Shown piece after piece: positions 29,827 through 38,836 of a DNA stretch of 64,000 nucleotides. The stretch comes from Candidatus Melainabacteria bacterium 17Bon1m (GTDB lineage: Bacteria; Cyanobacteriota; Vampirovibrionia; Obscuribacterales; Obscuribacteraceae), in contig JAVLKG010000003.1 of NCBI GenBank assembly GCA_032128875.1, positions 257,008-321,007 of the forward strand. The letters are read 5' to 3'. Numbering within the stretch: position 1 is the first letter of the stretch; the number at the start of each line of letters is the position of its first letter. A model generated the notes under the pieces. The model worked only from the letters and a program-made list of their open reading frames with translations, was not told where the DNA came from and did no database searches. Position numbers and translations under genes: made by a program.

Positions 29827-31212
29827 TCATACACGTTGGTCTAAGGGGCGTGCAATATTTCCGACCCGAATTGGCTGGCGGGTTGGTTCGAAGAAAGACT
29901 TGCCTTGTGATACCGCCGACAGTGCAACGGCTATATGCGAAACGACGATCGAAGCGACAACACCGTTCATTCCTCCGTTTGAATAGAGCCCTATCCATGC
30001 CGCTAAAGGCATGCGGAGTAAAAATAGTCCGCCGAGTACCGATAGCATGGGTTTGAGTGTTGAGCCGGCCCCTTCCAGTGCGCCGAACATTGTCATGTAA
30101 AACGCTGTGATCGGAAAAACAACAATCGACGCCATGAGTAGCTCTTGTGCAAACCGGGCTGAGAGAGCTGTTGTAGCGTAGTCTTTTGCCAGCCATTCGC
30201 TGTTTGCAAACACGATCACTCCAACGATAAACATCACTGCCGCGGCCGCAATTGAAGCGTTGCACGATGTTTGGCGGGCGGCGATTTTGTCGCCGGCGCC
30301 AATTCGCTGACCCACTAAAGAAGCGGCTGTCATCGAGAAAGCCAGAATTAGAGGAGTGGCAACAATCTCTTCTATTTTCAATCTGATTGTCCATGCTGCT
30401 TGTGTTTCATTTGCGAATGGCATTTGCGAAAGAATTATGTACATGGCAAAGTTCGAGCTCAGCCAAGCCGCTTCTGTTGTTGCTATTGGCAGTCCAAGTT
30501 TTAAGATTTGCATTGATTTGTTTTTGAAATCCGAATCAATTAGATTCTTAATACCGAGTTTGCTGAGCAAATGTTGTCCGACAAATGCGGCGACGATCGC
30601 TCCCACGTTCCAGCCCAGCGCAATGTATTCCAGCTGATGTGCAGCTCCGTTCGGCATTAATTGTGGCAATGATATAGACAGAGTTATGCTGATGGCTGCT
30701 GCGACAAACCAAGGAATAATTGTTGAAAAACTTTTTCCACACGCTCTCAAGATTGCTGATTGGGTGAGCATCAAACAGTAAGGAGTGTTGGCGATTGTGC
30801 AGAGCTTTAGATAGGTCGCGCCTGCATTTTGAACTCTAGGGTCTTGGCTGAACAAGCCAAGCAAATAATCTGCGCTGAGATAAGTGATGACGGAAGAGCT
30901 TACTGCAAGCATCACTGCCAACAGAATTCCGGCGCTGGCGAAGGAATTTGCTTCGCGCTCCTTGCGTGCACCGGTGGCGCGTGCAATCAATGACCCCGCA
31001 CCTTGCGCGATGCCGGTACCGACTAAAGCTGCGAAGAATAAAAACTGATCGCCAATGCCTACACCGGCTTGGACGGCTGGCCCAAGTGAGCCGGCGAGGT
31101 GCACGTCGACCATGCCGATTGTTGCCGCTATCGCCACAGCAACGCAAACCGGCATGGCATCTTTGACAAAAGGAATTAGTTTGGCTGCTGCTTTCATGTC
31201 AATCGTTTGCAT
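29827..31212 (-). CDS. MATE family efflux transporter/flippase
   Basis: About 12 TM helices in two halves; MVD..LAGSLG, LRACG, LKLGLP, VGQRIGAG. Confidence 0.88.
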   Translation of the reverse strand: MQTIDMKAAAKLIPFVKDAMPVCVAVAIAATIGMVDVHLAGSLGPAVQAGVGIGDQFLFFAALVGTGIAQGAGSLIARATGARKEREANSFASAGILLAVMLAVSSSVITYLSADYLLGLFSQDPRVQNAGATYLKLCTIANTPYCLMLTQSAILRACGKSFSTIIPWFVAAAISITLSISLPQLMPNGAAHQLEYIALGWNVGAIVAAFVGQHLLSKLGIKNLIDSDFKNKSMQILKLGLPIATTEAAWLSSNFAMYIILSQMPFANETQAAWTIRLKIEEIVATPLILAFSMTAASLVGQRIGAGDKIAARQTSCNASIAAAAVMFIVGVIVFANSEWLAKDYATTALSARFAQELLMASIVVFPITAFYMTMFGALEGAGSTLKPMLSVLGGLFLLRMPLAAWIGLYSNGGMNGVVASIVVSHIAVALSAVSQGKSFFEPTRQPIRVGNIARPLDQRV

Positions 31213-31433
31213 CTCTTTGTCCTGGGTCGATTGCGGGAGGTTTGTTCAGGGTTGGACTTTGATCTGGGCGCGCGGAAAAGACGACCGTAGAATGTCTCAA
31301 TCGTTACGGCGGCGCCAGTTTCGCGAAAGGAAACCGGGGTCGGGGAATTTCTGTATAATTACAACGCTGAAGTGTGGTAACGATACCACGGTGAAGCGTG
31401 GTAGTCAAATAGAATTGCGACAAGAAGCTGGAA

Positions 31434-32123
31434 GTGCCGAAATTACATTGGATTGAGACTTTGAACGAAGAGACGCAATGGACGTCTCACGCGGACGCTT
31501 TGGACTGGCTATATAAATTGACCGGGCGGAAGCTCTCGGTATCCGCTGAGGATCTTGGCTCGTTTTTTGAGCAGCTTCAGTTCATCCGCGAGCAAGTGAC
31601 GTCCTTGCATTTCGGCGAAACCCTGGCACTGGATGCGTTGCAGAAAAGGCTCGAAGGTGTTGGTCTGGCTATTCACGAGGGATATGCGAATGATGCATTG
31701 CCTCTATTAATGGCGCGAAGGGCAAGCAATTCCGACTCAGACGTATTAAGATCTGTTTGCGATACGCTGCTTGTGCAGTTTGCTGCCTTTCTGTCGCAGG
31801 CGGTTGAAGCCGATTCTGCGCCGGGAATAGTGCGCTGTGAGGGGCTCTTTCGCGAAGGGAAAAAGGAGCGCAAACGCTTGGGCGCTCTTGTGAACGAGCG
31901 AGAATCAGCCTGGCGAGCGGAACTGTCTTTGCTTCAAGAAGCAGAACCAGATGTGGTGGAAGAGATTCAAAGGTGCGAAGATCTATTTATCTTTTCTGCC
32001 AAAGCAAAATTTTGCTCTGATGCGTGCCGGTTCAGTACGTTTCAAATCACGAAACAACTGAAAGATCCCGGGTACATGAAAGAAAAACAGCGCCGATACC
32101 GAAACCGAAAAGAAAAGCAGTAA
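31434..32123 (+). CDS. Hypothetical protein with CGNR-type zinc-finger-like C-terminus
   Basis: IVRCEG...IQRCEDLF..AKFCSDACR...KQRRYRNRK. Confidence 0.6.
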   Translation: MPKLHWIETLNEETQWTSHADALDWLYKLTGRKLSVSAEDLGSFFEQLQFIREQVTSLHFGETLALDALQKRLEGVGLAIHEGYANDALPLLMARRASNSDSDVLRSVCDTLLVQFAAFLSQAVEADSAPGIVRCEGLFREGKKERKRLGALVNERESAWRAELSLLQEAEPDVVEEIQRCEDLFIFSAKAKFCSDACRFSTFQITKQLKDPGYMKEKQRRYRNRKEKQ

Positions 32124-33233
32124 ATGGACGTCAACAAAATGAAATCTCTGAGTGTCGCAAGTAAGTCGCTAGTTTTTGCTCTTTCGCTAAGCGCGTTTTT
32201 TGCAGCATCTGCGCAAGCCGTCCCGCGTCCGATTGTGCCAGATCCGGCATTGAAGCTGCATTTCGCCTCTCATCAGCCAAAGTACACTGTAAAGCAATTG
32301 CCGTCCGGCAAGAAAATGAAGTTGCATTTTGTCGGACCTCTGATTTTTGCTGATGGCGATCAAGCTTTGCTGTTGAGCTATGAAAGTGATTTCAAGCTGG
32401 ATGATACGCCCAAGCTGAAAAAAGAGGTCGAGGAGATTTGGACCTATTTCAAGCAGGATGCATCGCTGCAAGGCTTTAAGCACGCGGTAATCACCGTGCG
32501 TGAAGAGCCGGAAGGTCAGGCAGTTCGCACGGCTAGAGTAAAGAATTTTTTGTTCGAGCAGAAAGGAAATAAATGGAGCTGTTTGACAGATCCGGATGTT
32601 GGAGCGCCGACTCCTGAAGAAGAGGAATGCGACAAAGCTGCGGACTTTGCAAAGGATGGCAAATTTGATGAAGCGATTACGCATTACACGAAAGCCATTG
32701 AGTTAAATCCGAAGAGTATTAGTGCTCTGCTCAATAGAAGTACTGCTTACGAAACCATTGGTGAACACAAGAAAGCTCTTGCTGACTTGAGCGCGTTGTT
32801 GGCGTTTTCACCAAACTATGTGGTTGCGTATGTCAATCGTGCCTGGTCTTATGGACGTCACAAGGAATTCGCAGAGGCGCTGGAGGACTGCAATAAGGCG
32901 TTGGCGATAGATCCTAAATGTGCAGCGGCTTTCAATAATCGCGCTGCTGTTTACAATGATCTGGGTCAGTATGATAAATCGCTTGAAGACAGCACCAAGG
33001 CAATTGATCTCGCTCCGCATCTGGCTGCAGCGTATGACACTCGTGGTGTAGCCCGGCGCCATTTGAAGCAGTTTCAGCAGGCGATAGAAGACTTCAACAA
33101 GGCATTGTCTTTAAATCCGAAGCTTGGTGAGGCCTACTATAATCGCGCTCAAGCCTATAAAGCAATCGGTGATACCACCCATGCTACCAATGACGAAGCC
33201 AAAGCAAAAGAATTAGGTTTCAAAAAAGAGTAA
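32124..33233 (+). CDS. Secreted protein with C-terminal TPR array
   Basis: Signal peptide (ASAQA); TPRs such as AYDTRGVARRHLKQFQQAIEDFNKALSLNP. Confidence 0.9.
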   Translation: MDVNKMKSLSVASKSLVFALSLSAFFAASAQAVPRPIVPDPALKLHFASHQPKYTVKQLPSGKKMKLHFVGPLIFADGDQALLLSYESDFKLDDTPKLKKEVEEIWTYFKQDASLQGFKHAVITVREEPEGQAVRTARVKNFLFEQKGNKWSCLTDPDVGAPTPEEEECDKAADFAKDGKFDEAITHYTKAIELNPKSISALLNRSTAYETIGEHKKALADLSALLAFSPNYVVAYVNRAWSYGRHKEFAEALEDCNKALAIDPKCAAAFNNRAAVYNDLGQYDKSLEDSTKAIDLAPHLAAAYDTRGVARRHLKQFQQAIEDFNKALSLNPKLGEAYYNRAQAYKAIGDTTHATNDEAKAKELGFKKE

Positions 33234-33445
33234 GTGCAAGAAGGCCGTCAAGAGGTGGCTGAAACCGAATAAATGCTGGTTTTCTGCCGCTAATTTTGGT
33301 CGCCCACTTTTAACTAATGTATGTTTTTCACCATTCCGCTAAAGTGGTCTTATTGGCGTTCTCGTATCGTTGAAAATTCAGCAGGACATCGGGCGCAGCC
33401 CGGTTTATTAATCAGCAAATTGCCAGTTACTCGGAAGATTGCATC

Positions 33446-35011
33446 ATGAAATCACGATTGATTTATCTCTCACTCGTTTCTCTGTGCGCTGCGGCGCCCT
33501 TGCTTACCAATCCGGCGTTCGCCGGCGCCAAGGAGTGGGGCGACTTTATCGCAGATGGCGAAAAGTTTTACCGAGCTAAGAGTTTTTCAGAGGCCGAAAC
33601 CATCTTCCGCTCTGCTCTCAAAGAATGTGAGAGTTCTGGGCTGGACGACGCAAAGCTGGGCATTACCCTCAACAATTTGGCGCTGTCACTCGAGTCGCAG
33701 AATAAAGACGAAGAAGCCGAAGCGGTATACAAACGTGCATTGGCAGTGAAGGAGAAAAGTGTCGGAGCAGAAGGATATGCTCTGGTGCCTAGCTTGAATA
33801 ATCTTGCCAAACTCTACTTCAAAGAGAAGAAATACGATGAGGCGCGGCTCGCTTATGAAAGGGCTTTGACCATTGCTGAAAAGGAAAAGGGTAAAGAAGA
33901 CAGCGTCCTCATTCCGCTGCTGAACAGCCTCGGGCGTATTGCCAAAGTAGTGGGCAACACTGTAGATGCGACAAAATATCTCGATCGAGTTGCGCTTTTG
34001 GTTCCTAAAACAGGCAATAGCGATGCTGAGACTGTTTCGCTGAATAATCAAGCCGTAGTTCTGCGTAACGAAAAGAAGTACGCCGAAGCAGAAGTTCTCT
34101 ACAAGAAAGTAATCGAGCTGCGTGAGAAAGATAAGGGTGCGGACAGTCCCGATGTCGCTGCTGCACTCAACAATCTCGCCGGCATGTATCGCGAGCAAGA
34201 GAAGCCGGAATTAGCTCAGCCTCTGCTGGAGCGCGCCCTCAAGATTTTGGAGAAAGCCAACAACGAAGATGCGATCGCTATCTGTCTTTCGAACCTTGCC
34301 ACTTGCCTGCGCGAGCAAGGAGATTTTAGTCAGAGTGAAACCATTGCGCGCCGACTTTTGGCAATTCGCGAAAGACATGAAGCCGATAAGCCGCGTGCGC
34401 TTCTTGAAGCGCAAACAAATCTCGCGCTCGTGTTAGATGCTGAAGACAAGTATGACGAGGCAAAACCGCTTCTTCAGAAAGCTGTTGCGCTTGCGGAAAA
34501 GCTGGAAGGCGATCAGAGTTTGTTGTTCGCTACGGCGTTGAACAATCTGAAGGAAGTCTATTTGCACATGGAAGACTACCAGGGTGCGGAGGACATGCTT
34601 AAGCGAGTAATTACAATTCGCAAGTCGAAGCTCGGGGATACCAGCCCTGAAATTGGCAAAGACATGAACGACCTGGCGCTGATTTACAAGCAGCAGGGCA
34701 AGCCTACCGATGCTGAGCCATCCTTCAAGGAAGCTGTCGCCATTGATGAAAAGGGCGGCGGTGCGAGCCTGCCGGAGCTGGCGACCAGTCTCAACAATCT
34801 GGCACGCCTTTACCGCGATGAAGGCAAATATGCAGAAGCAGAGCCACTGTACAAGCGTTCTTTAGAGCTCAGAGAACAGCTTTACGGCAAGGACAATCCA
34901 AAGGTGGCCGCAAGTTTAAGAAACTATGCTGCATTGTTGCGTGATATGGGGCGCGCTCCTGAAGCCAGCGCTATGGACAAACGTGCAAGAGACATCGAAG
35001 ACAAAGAATAG
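33446..35011 (+). CDS. Secreted TPR protein (kinesin-light-chain-like repeats)
   Basis: Many ATSLNNLA.LY..GKY.EAEPLY.RAL units. Confidence 0.92.
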   Translation: MKSRLIYLSLVSLCAAAPLLTNPAFAGAKEWGDFIADGEKFYRAKSFSEAETIFRSALKECESSGLDDAKLGITLNNLALSLESQNKDEEAEAVYKRALAVKEKSVGAEGYALVPSLNNLAKLYFKEKKYDEARLAYERALTIAEKEKGKEDSVLIPLLNSLGRIAKVVGNTVDATKYLDRVALLVPKTGNSDAETVSLNNQAVVLRNEKKYAEAEVLYKKVIELREKDKGADSPDVAAALNNLAGMYREQEKPELAQPLLERALKILEKANNEDAIAICLSNLATCLREQGDFSQSETIARRLLAIRERHEADKPRALLEAQTNLALVLDAEDKYDEAKPLLQKAVALAEKLEGDQSLLFATALNNLKEVYLHMEDYQGAEDMLKRVITIRKSKLGDTSPEIGKDMNDLALIYKQQGKPTDAEPSFKEAVAIDEKGGGASLPELATSLNNLARLYRDEGKYAEAEPLYKRSLELREQLYGKDNPKVAASLRNYAALLRDMGRAPEASAMDKRARDIEDKE

Positions 35012-35043
35012 GTTTCTGCCCTTTTTCACAAAGAGATTCTATC

Positions 35044-35547
35044 GTGAGCGAATTGACATTTCGTGCTGATGCGGAAACTTTGAAAGTCCTTGAGAAAATC
35101 GGACTCGAGAAGAAGGACGATTTCATCAATCGCGCGGTTAAGGCCTATGCCACCGGCGGCGGTGCGTTCGAATATGCGGCAGGAAGAGGAAATACCAGCG
35201 CCGCCTCGGGGCTGAGCCTTGCCGCCGAACTGACTGCCGGCTTGGTTGGTGGTTCTTCTAGCGGCGCATCCTCAGGCGCCGGTTCTGCTCATGCTGCTTC
35301 GCCTTCTGGGCAAAGCACAGGCCCCGCCTCACAATTTAATGCTGAACTGGAAAGATTGTTAGGGCCCGGTTGTAGCGTGACGGCTGGTCTGGCTGCCGGA
35401 AATCCGCAACTGGTGGAGTTTTTCCAGGGCGGCTCGAAAATCGCCAGCCTCGAGCTCTCGGAAGGACAGTCAATTCTCAAAAGTTTGCGCCCTCCGATTT
35501 CACTGGCAGAGGTCGTTGAGATGCTCACGCTAATGAGCGTCGGCTAA
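35044..35547 (+). CDS. Hypothetical protein, possible ribbon-helix-helix N-terminus and Gly/Ser linker
   Basis: MSELTFRADAETLKVLEKI..KDDFINRAVKAY. Confidence 0.55.
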   Translation: MSELTFRADAETLKVLEKIGLEKKDDFINRAVKAYATGGGAFEYAAGRGNTSAASGLSLAAELTAGLVGGSSSGASSGAGSAHAASPSGQSTGPASQFNAELERLLGPGCSVTAGLAAGNPQLVEFFQGGSKIASLELSEGQSILKSLRPPISLAEVVEMLTLMSVG

Positions 35548-35555
35548 AACCATAA

Positions 35556-36023
35556 CTAGCTCTTCTTATCGTCGTCGTCCAAAATCATGCAATCGACAAA
35601 TGTGACGCCTCGGGAGATGGTGCCCAGCTTCATAGCACCGCCCTTTGAGAGGTCCATTACACGTTTGGCGTGATATGGTCCGCGATCGTTGACGCGGACG
35701 ACAATCGTGTTGCCGGTGCGCGGATCTTCAACTAAAACTTTGGTATTGAACTTCAACTTCAGATGCGCGGCTGTCAACTTCATCATGTTGAAACGCTCAC
35801 CACTAGCCGTCAGGCGCCCATCGAAGCCCGGTCCGTACCAGGAGACATTGCCGCTGAAGGTTTTGTTTTTGCCGGTCACTTTTACGTCTTTCGTTGCACC
35901 GCCGTCAGGCGCAGCGTCTTGCTTAACCGCTGATGACGCACTGGCAGCAAAAGCGGCATTTGAAAAACCGGCCAAGACGAATGATGCTGCTGCGACCACT
36001 AAGAATTTTTTTGAGACTTCCAT
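35556..36023 (-). CDS. rlpA: RlpA-family (DPBB) lytic transglycosylase, no SPOR domain
   Basis: GNVSWYG..GRLTASGERFN..LTAAH..VRVNDRGPY..RVMDLS. Confidence 0.9.
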   Translation of the reverse strand: MEVSKKFLVVAAASFVLAGFSNAAFAASASSAVKQDAAPDGGATKDVKVTGKNKTFSGNVSWYGPGFDGRLTASGERFNMMKLTAAHLKLKFNTKVLVEDPRTGNTIVVRVNDRGPYHAKRVMDLSKGGAMKLGTISRGVTFVDCMILDDDDKKS

Positions 36024-36257
36024 GCTTTTGATTCCTAAAAATGCAAGTCAACTTTCGGCAAATAGTCCATGTAGTTTTGATTCTACCCACTGGACTGCAT
36101 TTTTCTTTCCCGCGGGAGGACGTATCGTATGTCCTTGGGGTTCCAGAATTATGCAAAACCAATAAAACATCTATATGAGTCGGGTACTATACGGCACTTC
36201 CGGGCCCCGGGGTACCCGCGTTAGTTCTTGTAACCAATTGAAGACGGCGAGATTCTC

Positions 36258-37286
36258 ATGTTTGCGATAGTTCTGGCAGTTTTATCAGCAATGTTGTTTG
36301 CGGGTGCCGCACCCGCGGGCAAAGTCATGCTCGCCTCTTTGCCGCCTTTTCAGTTGGCTGGGCTGTTTTACCTGGGGGCGGCTCTCGGCGTTGCTCCCCT
36401 GATTGTTAAGAGCGCTGCCGCCCGAGAGCCCTGGTCTTTTTCGCCGAAGACAATCAAGCGCTTATCCGTCGCTTTGATTTTTGGCGGTGTTCTGGCGCCG
36501 GTATTTTTGTTGCTTGGTTTGAAAGCTGCCAGCGCATCTTCAGTGTCAATGTGGTTGACTCTCGAGGCAGTGTTTACGGCCGTTATTGCGCGCCTTGTCT
36601 TTCGTGAGCATCTGGGAAAAGTGGGCTGGATTTCGGTCGCGCTGGCAACCGCAGCTGCCGTTTTGCTCTGTGTGCAAGAAGGCACCAGTGGACTTCTTGC
36701 TGGCAGCTTAAGCGCGCTTGCATGCCTGTGTTGGGGTATAGACAATAACTCAACTGCCATTATCGATGGTATCAGTCCCGCTCGGATCACCTTCCTCAAA
36801 GGTCTGGCAGCCGGCAGTACCAACTTCATTCTTGGAATGATTTTCGAACCGCACGTCCTGACAGCAGGCACAATCGGACAGGCTCTCTTGGTTGGAGCAT
36901 TGGCATATGGTTTGAGTTTGACCCTGTACATCACAGCCGCGCAACAGTTGGGAGCAACGCGTTCTCAGATGATTTTTGCGACCGCTCCTTTCTTCGGAGT
37001 TATGTTTTCGGCGATTTTCCTTCGAGAAGCTCTGACCAGCATGCAAATTGTCGCCGGCGGTGTGATGGGGTTGGCTATTTATTTGCTGATGAATGACCAG
37101 CACGCCCATCATCATGAGCATGAGGAGATGCAACACATTCACATGCACAGTCATGATGACGGGCATCACAACCACAGCCATCCCGGGCAGCCTCAGACTT
37201 TAAGGCACTCACACTGGCATCATCATGAGCCGCATAGCCACAGTCACCCGCACTGGCCGGACCTGCATCACAGACACAATCACTAG
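36258..37286 (+). CDS. DMT/EamA transporter with His-rich C-terminal tail
   Basis: About 10 TM helices; WGIDNN; tail of about 26 His ending PDLHHRHNH. Confidence 0.9.
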   Translation: MFAIVLAVLSAMLFAGAAPAGKVMLASLPPFQLAGLFYLGAALGVAPLIVKSAAAREPWSFSPKTIKRLSVALIFGGVLAPVFLLLGLKAASASSVSMWLTLEAVFTAVIARLVFREHLGKVGWISVALATAAAVLLCVQEGTSGLLAGSLSALACLCWGIDNNSTAIIDGISPARITFLKGLAAGSTNFILGMIFEPHVLTAGTIGQALLVGALAYGLSLTLYITAAQQLGATRSQMIFATAPFFGVMFSAIFLREALTSMQIVAGGVMGLAIYLLMNDQHAHHHEHEEMQHIHMHSHDDGHHNHSHPGQPQTLRHSHWHHHEPHSHSHPHWPDLHHRHNH

Positions 37287-37446
37287 TAGAGATCAACTGA
37301 AAGTTCTGCTGAAATCTACCTGTTTCTACGCTGCGCGTCGGGCTGGTCTTGGGTTTGCAGATTCTTGGCTACAGTTAGAGAAATTATTCGTCTAAAGCTG
37401 TATATTTGCTTTGGGCAGTCGTGTTTGCACGTTTTTAAGAGGAAGT

Positions 37447-38145
37447 ATGTCCGAAGGCACGCAACCAGTCGATAATGAGGCTCACGCCCACGCGATCTTA
37501 GACGCGCTCAAACGCCAAAAGCTGGGCGACCCGAATGCTTATGGCGGCAGACCGGATATTCTCGATCGGGTTCGCGATTTTGAAAAACGCGACCTAGAGA
37601 TGATTCAGCAGACGATCAGCATTGCGTCTGCGCGAGGCGAAGACATCGAAAAGTTGGCGCTGCTTGATCCGCTGACAGAACTGTATAATCACCGCACCTT
37701 TCTCAAAGAGTTTAAAGCCGAGCTTGGTCGTGCCGGCCGATACGGTCATCATGTAGCACTGATCATGCTTGGAATTGACGGCATCGACGGAATTCGTGCA
37801 CACTACGGTACTCTCACTGTAGATGCTGTTTCCAAAGTGGCAGCTAACGTGATACGCGAGGGTATCCGCGAAGTAGATCTTGCCGGCAGATATTCAGTCA
37901 ACGAGTTTGTAATTGCATTGCCTCAGACCAACGCTGCAGGCGCGGCTCTGTTGGCTGAGCGTTTGCGTGTCAGATGCGGCAACCAGGCAATCAACCACAA
38001 CTGGCAGGCATTCTCGGTGACAGCCAGTCTTGGTGTTGCGACGTTTCCGCAGAATGGACAAGCCTATGATGAGTTGATAGCACGCGCTTGGGAAGCCCTG
38101 GACTACGCGAGAGCTCGTGGCGGCGATCGTGTTTTTTGTGTTTGA
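37447..38145 (+). CDS. Degenerate GGDEF-domain protein (probable c-di-GMP receptor)
   Basis: DPLTELYNHR, REVD (I-site), RYSVNEF in place of RxGGDEF, TASLGVA, ALDYARARGGDR. Confidence 0.85.
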   Translation: MSEGTQPVDNEAHAHAILDALKRQKLGDPNAYGGRPDILDRVRDFEKRDLEMIQQTISIASARGEDIEKLALLDPLTELYNHRTFLKEFKAELGRAGRYGHHVALIMLGIDGIDGIRAHYGTLTVDAVSKVAANVIREGIREVDLAGRYSVNEFVIALPQTNAAGAALLAERLRVRCGNQAINHNWQAFSVTASLGVATFPQNGQAYDELIARAWEALDYARARGGDRVFCV

Positions 38146-38154
38146 GAATAGCCG

Positions 38155-38790
38155 ATGCGGCGCGGAATCCTGATTTCAATTTGTGCGGTTTCACTTCTGA
38201 CGGCGGTTGTCTATTCCAGTCGCAGTGATGCAAGCACGCGCGAAATCTCGTATCAGGTGAAAGAGTCGAATCGAAACTTCGAGGTGCGTGAGTACCCAGC
38301 GCGCATCGTCGCCGAAGTAGAGGTTTCCGGTACGCGCGAAAAGGCTTTGAGCGAGGCTTTTCAGACACTAGCCGCTTATGTTTTCGGAAAGAGTCGACCG
38401 AAAGATCCGGTTGCTTTGAGTAAATCTGTTTCCGACAAAAACGCTAAAGTAAAACTGTCCATGACCGTCCCGGTCACAACTCAATCAGTTGGCAATGACG
38501 GACAGACAATCAAAATGCGGTTTTTCATGCCGCCGGAATATTCATTGGACAAGTTGCCTGTGCCGGAAGACAAGCGCGTCAAAGTTTTCGAGCTGCCCGC
38601 GCAGAAGATTGCTGTCCTCAAATTCTCCGGCTCTGCGCGCAAAGACAATTTTGACAGACACCTTATCACGCTCAAAAAAATGCTTGAGGCTAGAGGGCTG
38701 TCACCCAGCGGCGAACCTTATGAAGCGTACTATAATCCGCCTTTCACGCCCATTTTTCTAAAGCGCAACGAAATCTGCATACCGTTCTAA
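38155..38790 (+). CDS. SOUL-family heme-binding protein
   Basis: FEVREYP, AFQTLAAYVFG, SMTVPV, MRFFMP, LPVP, YNPPFTP..RNEI. Confidence 0.92.
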   Translation: MRRGILISICAVSLLTAVVYSSRSDASTREISYQVKESNRNFEVREYPARIVAEVEVSGTREKALSEAFQTLAAYVFGKSRPKDPVALSKSVSDKNAKVKLSMTVPVTTQSVGNDGQTIKMRFFMPPEYSLDKLPVPEDKRVKVFELPAQKIAVLKFSGSARKDNFDRHLITLKKMLEARGLSPSGEPYEAYYNPPFTPIFLKRNEICIPF

Positions 38791-38836
38791 CTCTTTCACC
38801 GTGGCTTTTCAGCGGGCTTTTCCTATGGGACTCTTA

